This document shows positions 1-7,260 of a stretch of DNA of 13,809 nucleotides, one piece after another. The stretch is from Myxococcota bacterium. Lineage in GTDB: Bacteria > Myxococcota > UBA4151. A program made the translations under genes and the position numbers. A model generated the notes under the pieces. That model made no database searches. It worked only from the letters and a program-made list of their open reading frames with translations, and was not told the DNA's origin. Where the stretch lies: the NCBI GenBank assembly GCA_040260805.1, contig JBDQPD010000095.1, positions 1-13,809 of the forward strand. The letters are read 5' to 3'. Positions within the stretch are counted from its first letter, which is position 1; the number at the start of each line of letters is the position of its first letter.

Positions 1-1093
1 CACCCGCATCCGGGCGGCGCTGCCCAGCATCAAGACGATCGTTGATGCCGGCGGCATGCCGGTCTTAGGGAGTCACTTGGGTCGTCCGAAGGGCGAACGG
101 GTCGAGAGCTTGAGCCTGGCGCCTGTGGCTGAGCGTCTTGCGGAGTTGAGTGAGTTCGAAGTGATCTTTGTGGATGACTGCATTGGCGAAGACGTTCGCG
201 CCGTGATTGGTACGCAGCGTCATGGTCAGATTGTTTTGCTGGAGAACTTGCGGTTTCACGCTGGCGAAAAGGCGAATGATCCCAAGTTCGCTGATGAACT
301 CACAGGATTTGCTGAGCGTTACGTCAACGACGGGTTTGGCGTCTGCCATCGGGCTGCGGCTTCGATCGAGTCTGCGCCGAAGCGCTTTGAAGAGCGCCAC
401 CGCTCACCTGGGTTGTTGGTTCAACGCGAACTCGACGAGCTAGGGAAACTGCTTGAACCGGCGCAGCGCCCTGTTGTGGCGGTGGTCGGCGGCGCTAAGG
501 TGAGCGATAAGTTCGGAGTTTTGGACAACTTACTCAAACGCGTGGACACACTGATCGTCGGCGGCGCAATGGCGTATACTCTGATGGCTGCCAACGGCGT
601 TGAGGTGGGCGACTCAAGGGTTGAAGAGCACCTGATTCTCCGAGCGCGAGGCTTGTTGGATGACGCCAGAAAGTCGAACGTTCAGGTGATTTTACCGGTC
701 GATCATCTGATGGCTGCAGAGTTCGCCGAAGACGCCGCGGTGAGTGAGACCGCGGGTCTTGATATCCCAGCGGGAATGATGGGCTTGGACATTGGCCCTA
801 AATCTCGTGAGCGATTCACCGAGGCCCTCGCGTCTGCCGGGACGATCTTTTGGAACGGCCCTATGGGGGTCTTTGAGTGGCCGTCGTTCGCCGCAGGGAC
901 GCTGGCCGTGGCTCAAGCGGTCGCCGGGAGCGAAGGCTTTACTGTGGTTGGCGGTGGAGACAGCGTCGCTGCGGTCAATCAAAGCGGCTTAGCTGAGCAG
1001 ATTGATCACGTCTCGACTGGTGGAGGCGCAAGCCTTGAACTGCTCGAGGGGAAAACGCTGCCTGGGCTGGCGGCATTAGGAGCTAAATCATGA
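1..1093 (+). CDS. pgk: Phosphoglycerate kinase, 5'-truncated by the window edge
   Basis: The frame is open from nt 2 (TRIRAALPSIK...GGMPVLGSHLGRPKG), so ATG 56 is internal. PGK motifs SHLGRPKG, LLENLRF, GGAKVSDK, DIGP, WNGPMGVFE, GGGDS and STGGGASLELLEGK are present. Confidence 0.98.
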   Translation, partial: TRIRAALPSIKTIVDAGGMPVLGSHLGRPKGERVESLSLAPVAERLAELSEFEVIFVDDCIGEDVRAVIGTQRHGQIVLLENLRFHAGEKANDPKFADELTGFAERYVNDGFGVCHRAAASIESAPKRFEERHRSPGLLVQRELDELGKLLEPAQRPVVAVVGGAKVSDKFGVLDNLLKRVDTLIVGGAMAYTLMAANGVEVGDSRVEEHLILRARGLLDDARKSNVQVILPVDHLMAAEFAEDAAVSETAGLDIPAGMMGLDIGPKSRERFTEALASAGTIFWNGPMGVFEWPSFAAGTLAVAQAVAGSEGFTVVGGGDSVAAVNQSGLAEQIDHVSTGGGASLELLEGKTLPGLAALGAKS

Positions 1094-1860
1094 CGCGGCG
1101 ACCCTATGTAGCGGGTAACTGGAAGATGAACTTATTAGCCGCCGACGCGCTGCGCTTAGCGAGTGATGTGATGCGTAAGACCGCGCGCCATCGAAGCGTT
1201 GATATCGGTGTTATACCCAGCTTCCCTTACCTGATGGGGATTGCCCAGCGCTTGGAGGGGAGCTCGCTGCGATTAGGGGCTCAAGACGCGGACCCTGAGT
1301 CGTTTGGTGCAAGGACCAGCGCAGTCAACGCTGAGCAGCTGAAGTCTGCCGGAGTTGGCTTTACCTTGGTCGGCCACAGCGAGCGCCGCGCGGTGTTTGG
1401 AGATTCGGACGCAGACTGCAACGCCAAAGTGCACGCGGCCCTAAATGCTGGCCTCGAGGTGATGTTATGCATCGGCGAAACCGAGATGCAAAGAGACCAA
1501 AATCAAACCCAAAGCGTGATTGAGCGCCAACTCGCTGGTGGCCTTGAAGGGGTGTCTGAGGACCAGTGGGAGCGCTTGAGTTTAGCCTATGAGCCGGTTT
1601 GGGCGATTGGAACGGGTAGGACGGCTACACCCGATCAGGCGGAGCAAGCTCATGCTTGGACTCGTTCTTGGGTTGAACAACGCGCGTCAAAACGCGTTGC
1701 CGCGGCGGTGAGGATCCTATACGGGGGCTCGGTCAAACCGGCAAACGCTGCGGAGCTGCTCGCTCGTGAGGGCATCGACGGCGCGTTGGTTGGTGGCGCA
1801 AGCTTAGAAGCTGATAGCTTCGCAGCGATCGTCGCAGCTGCCGCAAACAGCCGGTCCTGA
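1090..1860 (+). CDS. tpiA: Triosephosphate isomerase
   Basis: AGNWKMN (catalytic Lys), GHSERR (catalytic His), AYEPVWAIGTG (catalytic Glu), LYGGSVKP and LVGGASL. ATGA overlap with the pgk stop. Confidence 0.98.
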   Translation: MTRRPYVAGNWKMNLLAADALRLASDVMRKTARHRSVDIGVIPSFPYLMGIAQRLEGSSLRLGAQDADPESFGARTSAVNAEQLKSAGVGFTLVGHSERRAVFGDSDADCNAKVHAALNAGLEVMLCIGETEMQRDQNQTQSVIERQLAGGLEGVSEDQWERLSLAYEPVWAIGTGRTATPDQAEQAHAWTRSWVEQRASKRVAAAVRILYGGSVKPANAAELLAREGIDGALVGGASLEADSFAAIVAAAANSRS

Positions 1861-1870
1861 GGGAGATAAA

Positions 1871-2296
1871 ATGAGCACTTTTTTGACCATCATTCATGTG
1901 GTGATCTGTTTGGTATTGATCGGTGTCGTCTTGTTGCAAAGCGGTCGTGAAGGCGGTGGAGACATCGGCGGTGGCGGTGGCGGTGGCGGCATGAAGCCTG
2001 TGCAATCTGGCAACAAGTTCATGGAGCGGTTGACCAGCACGATGGCCACGATCTTTATGATCACCTCGATTGTGCTGGCTGCGCAGGGCGCAGGTAGCTC
2101 GGTCATGCAAGGCGAGAAGACAGAAGCTCCTGCTGGAGCGCCTGCTGAGGTCAAAGACGAAGGCGCTTCGAAAGCCGTGGAGCTTGATGGAGCCGCTAAG
2201 GCTGATGCTCCGGCGGCTGCCGACAAGGCACCTGCTGCCGATCCGGCCGCAGCTCCTGCTGCTGCAGGCGAAGCAAAGGAAGAAGCGAAAGACTAA
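1871..2296 (+). CDS. secG: Preprotein translocase subunit SecG with a Gly-rich loop and a long Ala/Glu/Lys/Pro tail
   Basis: Two TM helices (TIIHVVICLVLIGVVLLQ; LTSTMATIFMITSIVLA) flank a Gly-rich loop. Conserved tpiA-secG-tRNA-Leu synteny. GGGAG RBS at 1861-1865. Confidence 0.93.
   Translation: MSTFLTIIHVVICLVLIGVVLLQSGREGGGDIGGGGGGGGMKPVQSGNKFMERLTSTMATIFMITSIVLAAQGAGSSVMQGEKTEAPAGAPAEVKDEGASKAVELDGAAKADAPAAADKAPAADPAAAPAAAGEAKEEAKD
1967..1990 (+). repeat. (GGCGGT)3GGCGGC in-frame tract encoding Gly8 in secG
   Basis: Read directly from the sequence. Confidence 0.85.
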
Positions 2297-2325
2297 CAAC
2301 ACATGTTGTTTGGTGCGGGTTTAGG

Positions 2326-2354
2326 TTGACCGGCGGCTCCGGTTTCCCTAGAGC
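2326..2354 (+). promoter_or_regulatory. Putative sigma-70 promoter for the tRNA gene
   Basis: TTGACC (2326-2331), 17-nt spacer, TAGAGC (2349-2354), then a GC-rich discriminator-like CCGCCCGCCT immediately before the tRNA. Confidence 0.5.
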
Positions 2355-2364
2355 CCGCCCGCCT

Positions 2365-2449
<85 letters not shown>

Positions 2450-2450
<1 letters not shown>

Positions 2451-2487
2451 AGAGGACGCATTTCGATGCGTCCTCTTTTCGTTTTTT
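2450..2487 (+). terminator. Rho-independent terminator after tRNA-Leu
   Basis: Perfect stem AGAGGACGCAT/ATGCGTCCTCT with TTCG loop, followed by TTTCGTTTTTT. Confidence 0.88.
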
Positions 2488-2510
2488 CCTCAACCGGGTA
2501 GCGCCAGTTT

Positions 2511-3992
2511 ATGATCAAAAATATCTACCGCTTTCGATTCGCCTTTCTTTTGATGCTTCCGGGCCTCGCCTGCGTGACGCCAGGACCTTTAGTTCCAGCA
2601 CCGCCAGCGGTCGCCGATGGTTTGAATCTCAAGCCCAACAGCGCAGATCAACGCGCAGCCACTGAGTTGTTGGTCAAACTGATTCAAGCCGATACGTCGA
2701 ATCCACCTGGAAACGAGGGCGCAGCGGTTGCGGTGCTGGTCGAGTTCTTCAAGACCCACGGGATCAAAACGCGCACGGTCATGGCGCCGGGTATGGAGGA
2801 TCGACCGATTCTGATCGCCGAGCTGCGCGCTCCACGTCGATTTAAGAAGCCGATGCTCCTCCTTGGTCACACCGACGTGGTCCCTGCGAACCCAAAGGCT
2901 TGGAAAAATGGCCTCGGACCTTTCCTAGCGCGCGAGCAAGACGGCTTTATTTGGGGCCGCGGAGCGCTCGATATGAAGGGCATGCTGGCTGCTCAGGCGA
3001 TGAGCATGGTGTTGATCAAGCGCCACTTTATGGACTCCAAAACGCACAAGCTTGAACGGGACTTGTTTATGGTCGCAACGCCCGATGAAGAAGATGCCGG
3101 TCTGGGCGCTCAATACGTTGCGAACAATATGGAAGACCTTTTCGGTGATCGTGCCGAGTTGATCATCAACGAGGGCGGTATCGGCCTGAAAGACTTGATC
3201 ACGCCGGGGCAAAATATCTGGGCGGTCAGTGTCGCAGAGCGCGGTAACGTTTGGATTGAGGTCAGCGTGAAAGGGAAAACAGGTCATGGCAGTCAGCCTT
3301 GGGATGGCTTCGCTGCCCAGAAATTGATCGACGGGATCACCCGTCTGCGTGAGTCGCCCTTTCCTGTGCATTTGAACCTAGCGACGCGCGAGATGCTCCG
3401 CCGAGTCGCACCGGCTGCAGGCTTTCCCCGCGGGTTTATGATGGCTCGAGCCTGGCTTGTTGAGGGCAGCTTAGCGTCCAAACCCTCGACCAACGCATCG
3501 GTCCGCAACACCTGTATTGAGACGGGCTTAAAGGCTGGTGGGCCGCGACCGAATGTCATTCCCCCAACCGCTACAGCGACTTTTGACTGTCGAGTTTTGC
3601 CGGACCGGGACCCCGACGAGTTGGTCGAAGCGGTTAAAAAGAAGATGGGTATCGATGAAGTGGAGATTAAGGTCATCGCTCAGCGTCCCGGAAGCCAGAG
3701 CGAGTGGACGAGTCCGCTTTTCGGAGCCTTTGAACGGCATCTACCAGCCGATGGTCGCGAGGTCGTGGCCCCCGTGGTGAGCCCGGGTTCGACTGACTCG
3801 GCATGGTTTCGACTTAAAGGCGTCCCTTACGTCTATGGAATCGTTCCGTTTATGATTTCTCAGGCTGATCTTGCGACCATGCACGGGATCAATGAGCGCT
3901 TATCGATCGCCGAGCTTCAGGCTGGTGTCTCTCGACTGACGCGGATCCTAGCCGACGTAGCAGGCGTTCTGCGCCCACAGTTTACGGACTGA
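2511..3992 (+). CDS. M20/M25/M40 family metallopeptidase/amidohydrolase, exported, possibly a lipoprotein
   Basis: Metal-ligand motifs GHTDVV, GRGALDMKG, DEE, NEGG and MHGINE; GHGS and PNVIP/DCRVLP dimerisation-domain motifs. The N-terminus has basic residues, a hydrophobic stretch and GLAC. Confidence 0.9.
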   Translation: MIKNIYRFRFAFLLMLPGLACVTPGPLVPAPPAVADGLNLKPNSADQRAATELLVKLIQADTSNPPGNEGAAVAVLVEFFKTHGIKTRTVMAPGMEDRPILIAELRAPRRFKKPMLLLGHTDVVPANPKAWKNGLGPFLAREQDGFIWGRGALDMKGMLAAQAMSMVLIKRHFMDSKTHKLERDLFMVATPDEEDAGLGAQYVANNMEDLFGDRAELIINEGGIGLKDLITPGQNIWAVSVAERGNVWIEVSVKGKTGHGSQPWDGFAAQKLIDGITRLRESPFPVHLNLATREMLRRVAPAAGFPRGFMMARAWLVEGSLASKPSTNASVRNTCIETGLKAGGPRPNVIPPTATATFDCRVLPDRDPDELVEAVKKKMGIDEVEIKVIAQRPGSQSEWTSPLFGAFERHLPADGREVVAPVVSPGSTDSAWFRLKGVPYVYGIVPFMISQADLATMHGINERLSIAELQAGVSRLTRILADVAGVLRPQFTD

Positions 3993-3995
3993 CCC

Positions 3996-4520
3996 ATGCG
4001 TATCTTATGGGTTCTATTGACCGTATTGAGCTCGGCGCCAGCTTGGGCGCAGTACGCACCCAACTCGACAGGCATTGGCATCCTGGCGGTGCCGAGTAAC
4101 GAGCTGCTTCGGCTGGATGAACAGTTCGGGGTGGGGCTTAGCGGTACTCGTCAGATCGGCGTGGGCAGCTGGAGCTGGACCTACCGAGGGATGATCGCTG
4201 CAACGACCGCGATCGATGACCCAGCTCGCACCACATTTTTACCGGCTTGGATCAGCACCGGGTTGCGGCTTGATTTCTTAGAGGATCGATTTCGCCCATT
4301 TGTCGTGGCCAGCGGGACCTATTATCAGCTCACCAACGCACCCGCCGACTTCGCAGCTGGGACCTATATGGTTGGGGCGGGAATGCGCGGTGGTCTCGAA
4401 CAGTTCCTCGCATCAGAGATCAGTGTCCAGCTTGATATGGGCGCCACTTGGTTTCTCCAACTCGATGCGCCTGACCCGATCACGCTGGACGCCGCGCTCG
4501 TGTTTAAGGTTCACTACTGA
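3996..4520 (+). CDS. Small outer-membrane beta-barrel protein (about 8 strands), function unknown
   Basis: Signal peptide ending AWA-Q. Alternating hydrophobic beta-strands (FGVGLSG, WSWTYRG, RPFVVASG, MVGAGMRGGLEQF, ISVQLDMG). Aromatic C-terminal strand ending LVFKVHY. Confidence 0.7.
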   Translation: MRILWVLLTVLSSAPAWAQYAPNSTGIGILAVPSNELLRLDEQFGVGLSGTRQIGVGSWSWTYRGMIAATTAIDDPARTTFLPAWISTGLRLDFLEDRFRPFVVASGTYYQLTNAPADFAAGTYMVGAGMRGGLEQFLASEISVQLDMGATWFLQLDAPDPITLDAALVFKVHY

Positions 4521-4541
4521 GCGTAGAGGGGAACTAGAGTT

Positions 4542-5024
4542 ATGGCGATCAGTCCCGGTCTGGTTGAAAAGCAGGTTAGCCGGTTTCAAGACGAGCTGTT
4601 TGACCGTGGTCTGCGTCTGACCAAACAGCGCGAGCAGGTCTTTCGGATCGTGCTCACCGCTGAGGGGCACCTCAGCGCTGAAGATCTTCATCGAAAAGTG
4701 CGTGAAGAGAACCGCTCGATCGGCTTTGCCACGGTCTACCGGACGCTCCGAGTTTTGGTCGAAATCGGTTTGATCGAAGTGCGTCAATTCGGCGACGGCG
4801 TGCAGCGTTACGAGAGCGCCGCCGGCGATCATCACGATCACATGATTTGTGTCGCTTGCGGCGAGGTGTTCGAGTTCGAGGACGATGAAATCGAACGCTT
4901 GCAAATCAAAGTCGCCGAAGACCGTGGATTTGAAATTGTCAGTCATCGGTTGGACATCTACGTTCGCAACTGCAACTCGCCGAAATGTGGCCCGCTTGCG
5001 AAACGGCGTTTGAACCATCGATAG
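4542..5024 (+). CDS. fur: Fur family transcriptional regulator, most similar in motifs to iron-sensing Fur
   Basis: GLRLTKQRE, HLSAEDLH, GFATVYRTL helix, HHDHMICVACG, EIERLQ, SHRLDIY and a C-terminal CxxxxC. Purine-rich RBS GAGGGGAA upstream. Confidence 0.9.
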   Translation: MAISPGLVEKQVSRFQDELFDRGLRLTKQREQVFRIVLTAEGHLSAEDLHRKVREENRSIGFATVYRTLRVLVEIGLIEVRQFGDGVQRYESAAGDHHDHMICVACGEVFEFEDDEIERLQIKVAEDRGFEIVSHRLDIYVRNCNSPKCGPLAKRRLNHR

Positions 5025-5027
5025 GGT

Positions 5028-5056
5028 TTGCAGCCAATGGCTGGTCCGGCTATCCT
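5028..5056 (+). promoter_or_regulatory. Putative sigma-70 promoter for the first MYXO-CTERM gene, overlapped by a palindrome
   Basis: TTGCAG (5028-5033), 17 nt, TATCCT (5051-5056). Palindrome CAGCCA-A-TGGCTG at 5031-5043. AAGGAG RBS at 5066-5071. Confidence 0.45.
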
Positions 5057-5076
5057 ATAGCTCCGAAGGAGATCCT

Positions 5077-7185
5077 ATGCGACTCATCACCCCTATGGCG
5101 ATTCTGAGCGCCCTCGTTTTTTCGCTGCCTGCGCAGGCTCAGCGGCAGCTCAAAGTTGAGGCCATGACCAATCAAAACTGCCGCGTGGTGGATCACAACG
5201 CGACGACGGGTGATGACTCGGGTGGCATCGCAGTTTCGGATCAGAAGGTGTACTACAACGGGGACTCGGCAACGGGCGAGTTCAACCTCAGTGATCTGGG
5301 CAATGCGCGACGGGTCACTGGCTCCGCTCGGTACTCGATGATTTCGAATCTCGCTGACGGCAAGTTGTATGCGCTGTGGAACCGGCAGGGCAACACGCCC
5401 GTGTCGACTCGCACCATCATGAACGGCATGATGTTCGATGCGCTCAAAGAGCTCGACAACAACATGAACCCAACCCAGAACATGATCGTTCTGTCGCAAG
5501 GGATCAACCTGCCGCGGTCGTACTCGTCGACTGGCCATGTACTGCTCGCTGGCTTCGATGCGATCGGCATCGGCACCTACAATGGGCGCTGGTACGTGGT
5601 CTCCATGGAAGACGGACAAGTGACTGACGTCGGCCCGCGAGGCGGGACTCGGGCATATCAGTGCGAGTCATGGGCGAAGTGGGGTGTCCTCGAGTATTTC
5701 GATGACCAGTTCTACGCGCTGTTTCGGACCTATGGTCAGCAGAACATCTCCCGAGTCAACATGAGCACGGGCCAGGGCGGCACGGCGTTCAACTTCCAGA
5801 CCCTCAGTGACATGTGTTCGCTGAGCATCTCACCGACCACGCAAAAATGGTATTTTCACCATGAGGGCCGGTCTCAGTTCGGCGGGAGCTCGGAGACGGT
5901 TGGATCGTGTGATGCGACGATCGTCACCAACTCGCCGCCGCTCTGGAGCGTTCCGGAGCCGTTGACCGTGTATGCCGGGCAAATGGTGCGGGCGAACGTG
6001 AGCGTGATCGAGGCTGATGGCGATGAGATGGAAGTCTCGGTGCGCGGCCTCCCGGATGGCGCCATCTGGAATCAGCTTGCTGGCAAGTTCCGCTGGGAGC
6101 CTACCATCTCAGATGCGGGCGAGCATACGGTTCGCTTCATGGCTCAGGAAATTCGCAACGATGGCGAAGAGCCACTCACCAGCGAAGCCCATTTGGTGAT
6201 CAATGTGATCGCCCTCGACGCTCCGCCAGCGTTTAGCTCGGCTCCGCCTGCTGCCTCGGTGGCTCAAGGCGATGAGTTTGTGTACGAGATGTTCGCCGTG
6301 GACCCCGAAGCTGCAGGTGAAGTGACCTACGGCTTGATCGAGGGGCCGAACAGTATGACGGTCGAAGGCAATGTACTTCGTTGGACCGCCGATCTGCGTC
6401 CCGGAGAAACCACCGCAGTGCGTGTCTACGCCGCCGACATCGAGGGCAACCGTGGCTACCAGAGCTTTAGCGTTGGAGTCGATACGCACCCGCAAGCGCC
6501 GGTGGCGGTGATCGTATCTCAAGACGCTGAGCGTGGTCCCGGGCGAGTCCGTTTGAGCGGGGTGCCGAGTTACGCAATGGGTGACCGCGTGCTGACCTTT
6601 GATTGGAAACTGGCTGCTTATCCTGAAGGCGTAACGCCTCCTCCGGTGGAGTCGGCTGCGACCGCAATGGCGAGCGCCTTGTTGCGCTCCAAAGGAACCT
6701 ACCGCTTCGAGCTGCAAGTCCATGACGGTGAGCTGTACTCGGACACGGTCGGTATCGACATCGCTGTCGTCAACGTGGCGCCGGTCGCGGTGGTCGGTGA
6801 GCCGATCGAGTTTGTGATTGGCGAAGGCAACGAAGTTGAGATTACACTCGACGGCTCCGATTCGTACGACGTGAACTCAGAGGATTCGATGAGCTGCACG
6901 TGGTCTCAAACAGCCGGTCCTGATGTGACCCTCGAAGATGCCGAAGCACTGGCCACCAAGTTTACTGCGTACGAAGCCGGTGACTATGAATTCTCGCTGA
7001 GCTGCACCGATGGCGAACTGACGGGCGAGCCTGCTGTGTTAGCCGTCAAGGGCACCGCTCCTGAAGGATCTGGTGATGGTGGTCCCGGTCGGCCGGTCAC
7101 ACCTGATGATGGCTGCAGCAGCATGGCTGTTTCGACCTGGTTACTTTTCGGTCTGGTTGCGGTCCGTCGCCGGCGTCGTCGTTAG
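5077..7185 (+). CDS. Secreted cell-surface protein: unassigned head domain, four Ig-like (cadherin/He_PIG-like and PKD-like) domains, MYXO-CTERM anchor
   Basis: Signal peptide ending AQA. Stalk motifs NSPP, GLPDGA..GKFRWEP, APVA, LDGSDSYD, WSQTAGP and GDYEFSLSCTDG. C-terminal GC, hydrophobic stretch and RRRRRR (7111-7185). Confidence 0.85.
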   Translation: MRLITPMAILSALVFSLPAQAQRQLKVEAMTNQNCRVVDHNATTGDDSGGIAVSDQKVYYNGDSATGEFNLSDLGNARRVTGSARYSMISNLADGKLYALWNRQGNTPVSTRTIMNGMMFDALKELDNNMNPTQNMIVLSQGINLPRSYSSTGHVLLAGFDAIGIGTYNGRWYVVSMEDGQVTDVGPRGGTRAYQCESWAKWGVLEYFDDQFYALFRTYGQQNISRVNMSTGQGGTAFNFQTLSDMCSLSISPTTQKWYFHHEGRSQFGGSSETVGSCDATIVTNSPPLWSVPEPLTVYAGQMVRANVSVIEADGDEMEVSVRGLPDGAIWNQLAGKFRWEPTISDAGEHTVRFMAQEIRNDGEEPLTSEAHLVINVIALDAPPAFSSAPPAASVAQGDEFVYEMFAVDPEAAGEVTYGLIEGPNSMTVEGNVLRWTADLRPGETTAVRVYAADIEGNRGYQSFSVGVDTHPQAPVAVIVSQDAERGPGRVRLSGVPSYAMGDRVLTFDWKLAAYPEGVTPPPVESAATAMASALLRSKGTYRFELQVHDGELYSDTVGIDIAVVNVAPVAVVGEPIEFVIGEGNEVEITLDGSDSYDVNSEDSMSCTWSQTAGPDVTLEDAEALATKFTAYEAGDYEFSLSCTDGELTGEPAVLAVKGTAPEGSGDGGPGRPVTPDDGCSSMAVSTWLLFGLVAVRRRRRR

Positions 7186-7192
7186 GCTAGAA

Positions 7193-7210
7193 CCTCAAGG
7201 ACCCTTGAGG
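7193..7210. repeat. Perfect inverted repeat CCTCAAGG-AC-CCTTGAGG between the paralogs
   Basis: 8-2-8 palindrome 7 nt after the stop codon, with no U-tract. Function uncertain. Confidence 0.6.
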
Positions 7211-7260
7211 ATGGCCAGTGGCTGTGGAATCCTAAAGGTATACGATTCCTGAGGCTTCTG

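Noticed and set aside
56..58. ATG 56 as the pgk start
   Set aside because: The frame is open upstream and encodes the conserved TRIRAALP motif, so the true start lies before the window.
1075..1100. Possible PGK-TIM frameshift fusion as in Thermotoga
   Set aside because: Only an ordinary ATGA overlap with an AGGAG RBS; no slippery sequence is visible.
4521..5076. Fur boxes upstream of fur or the surface-protein gene
   Set aside because: No GATAATGATAATCATTATC-like AT-rich sequence in these spacers.
4413..6723. Long minus-strand ORFs (4413-5018, 5050-5619, 6109-6723) and similar ones such as 1733-2302, 2925-3371, 10036-10500, 11484-11921 and 13195-13605
   Set aside because: Antisense shadows of well-supported + strand genes in GC-rich DNA, with no recognisable motifs.
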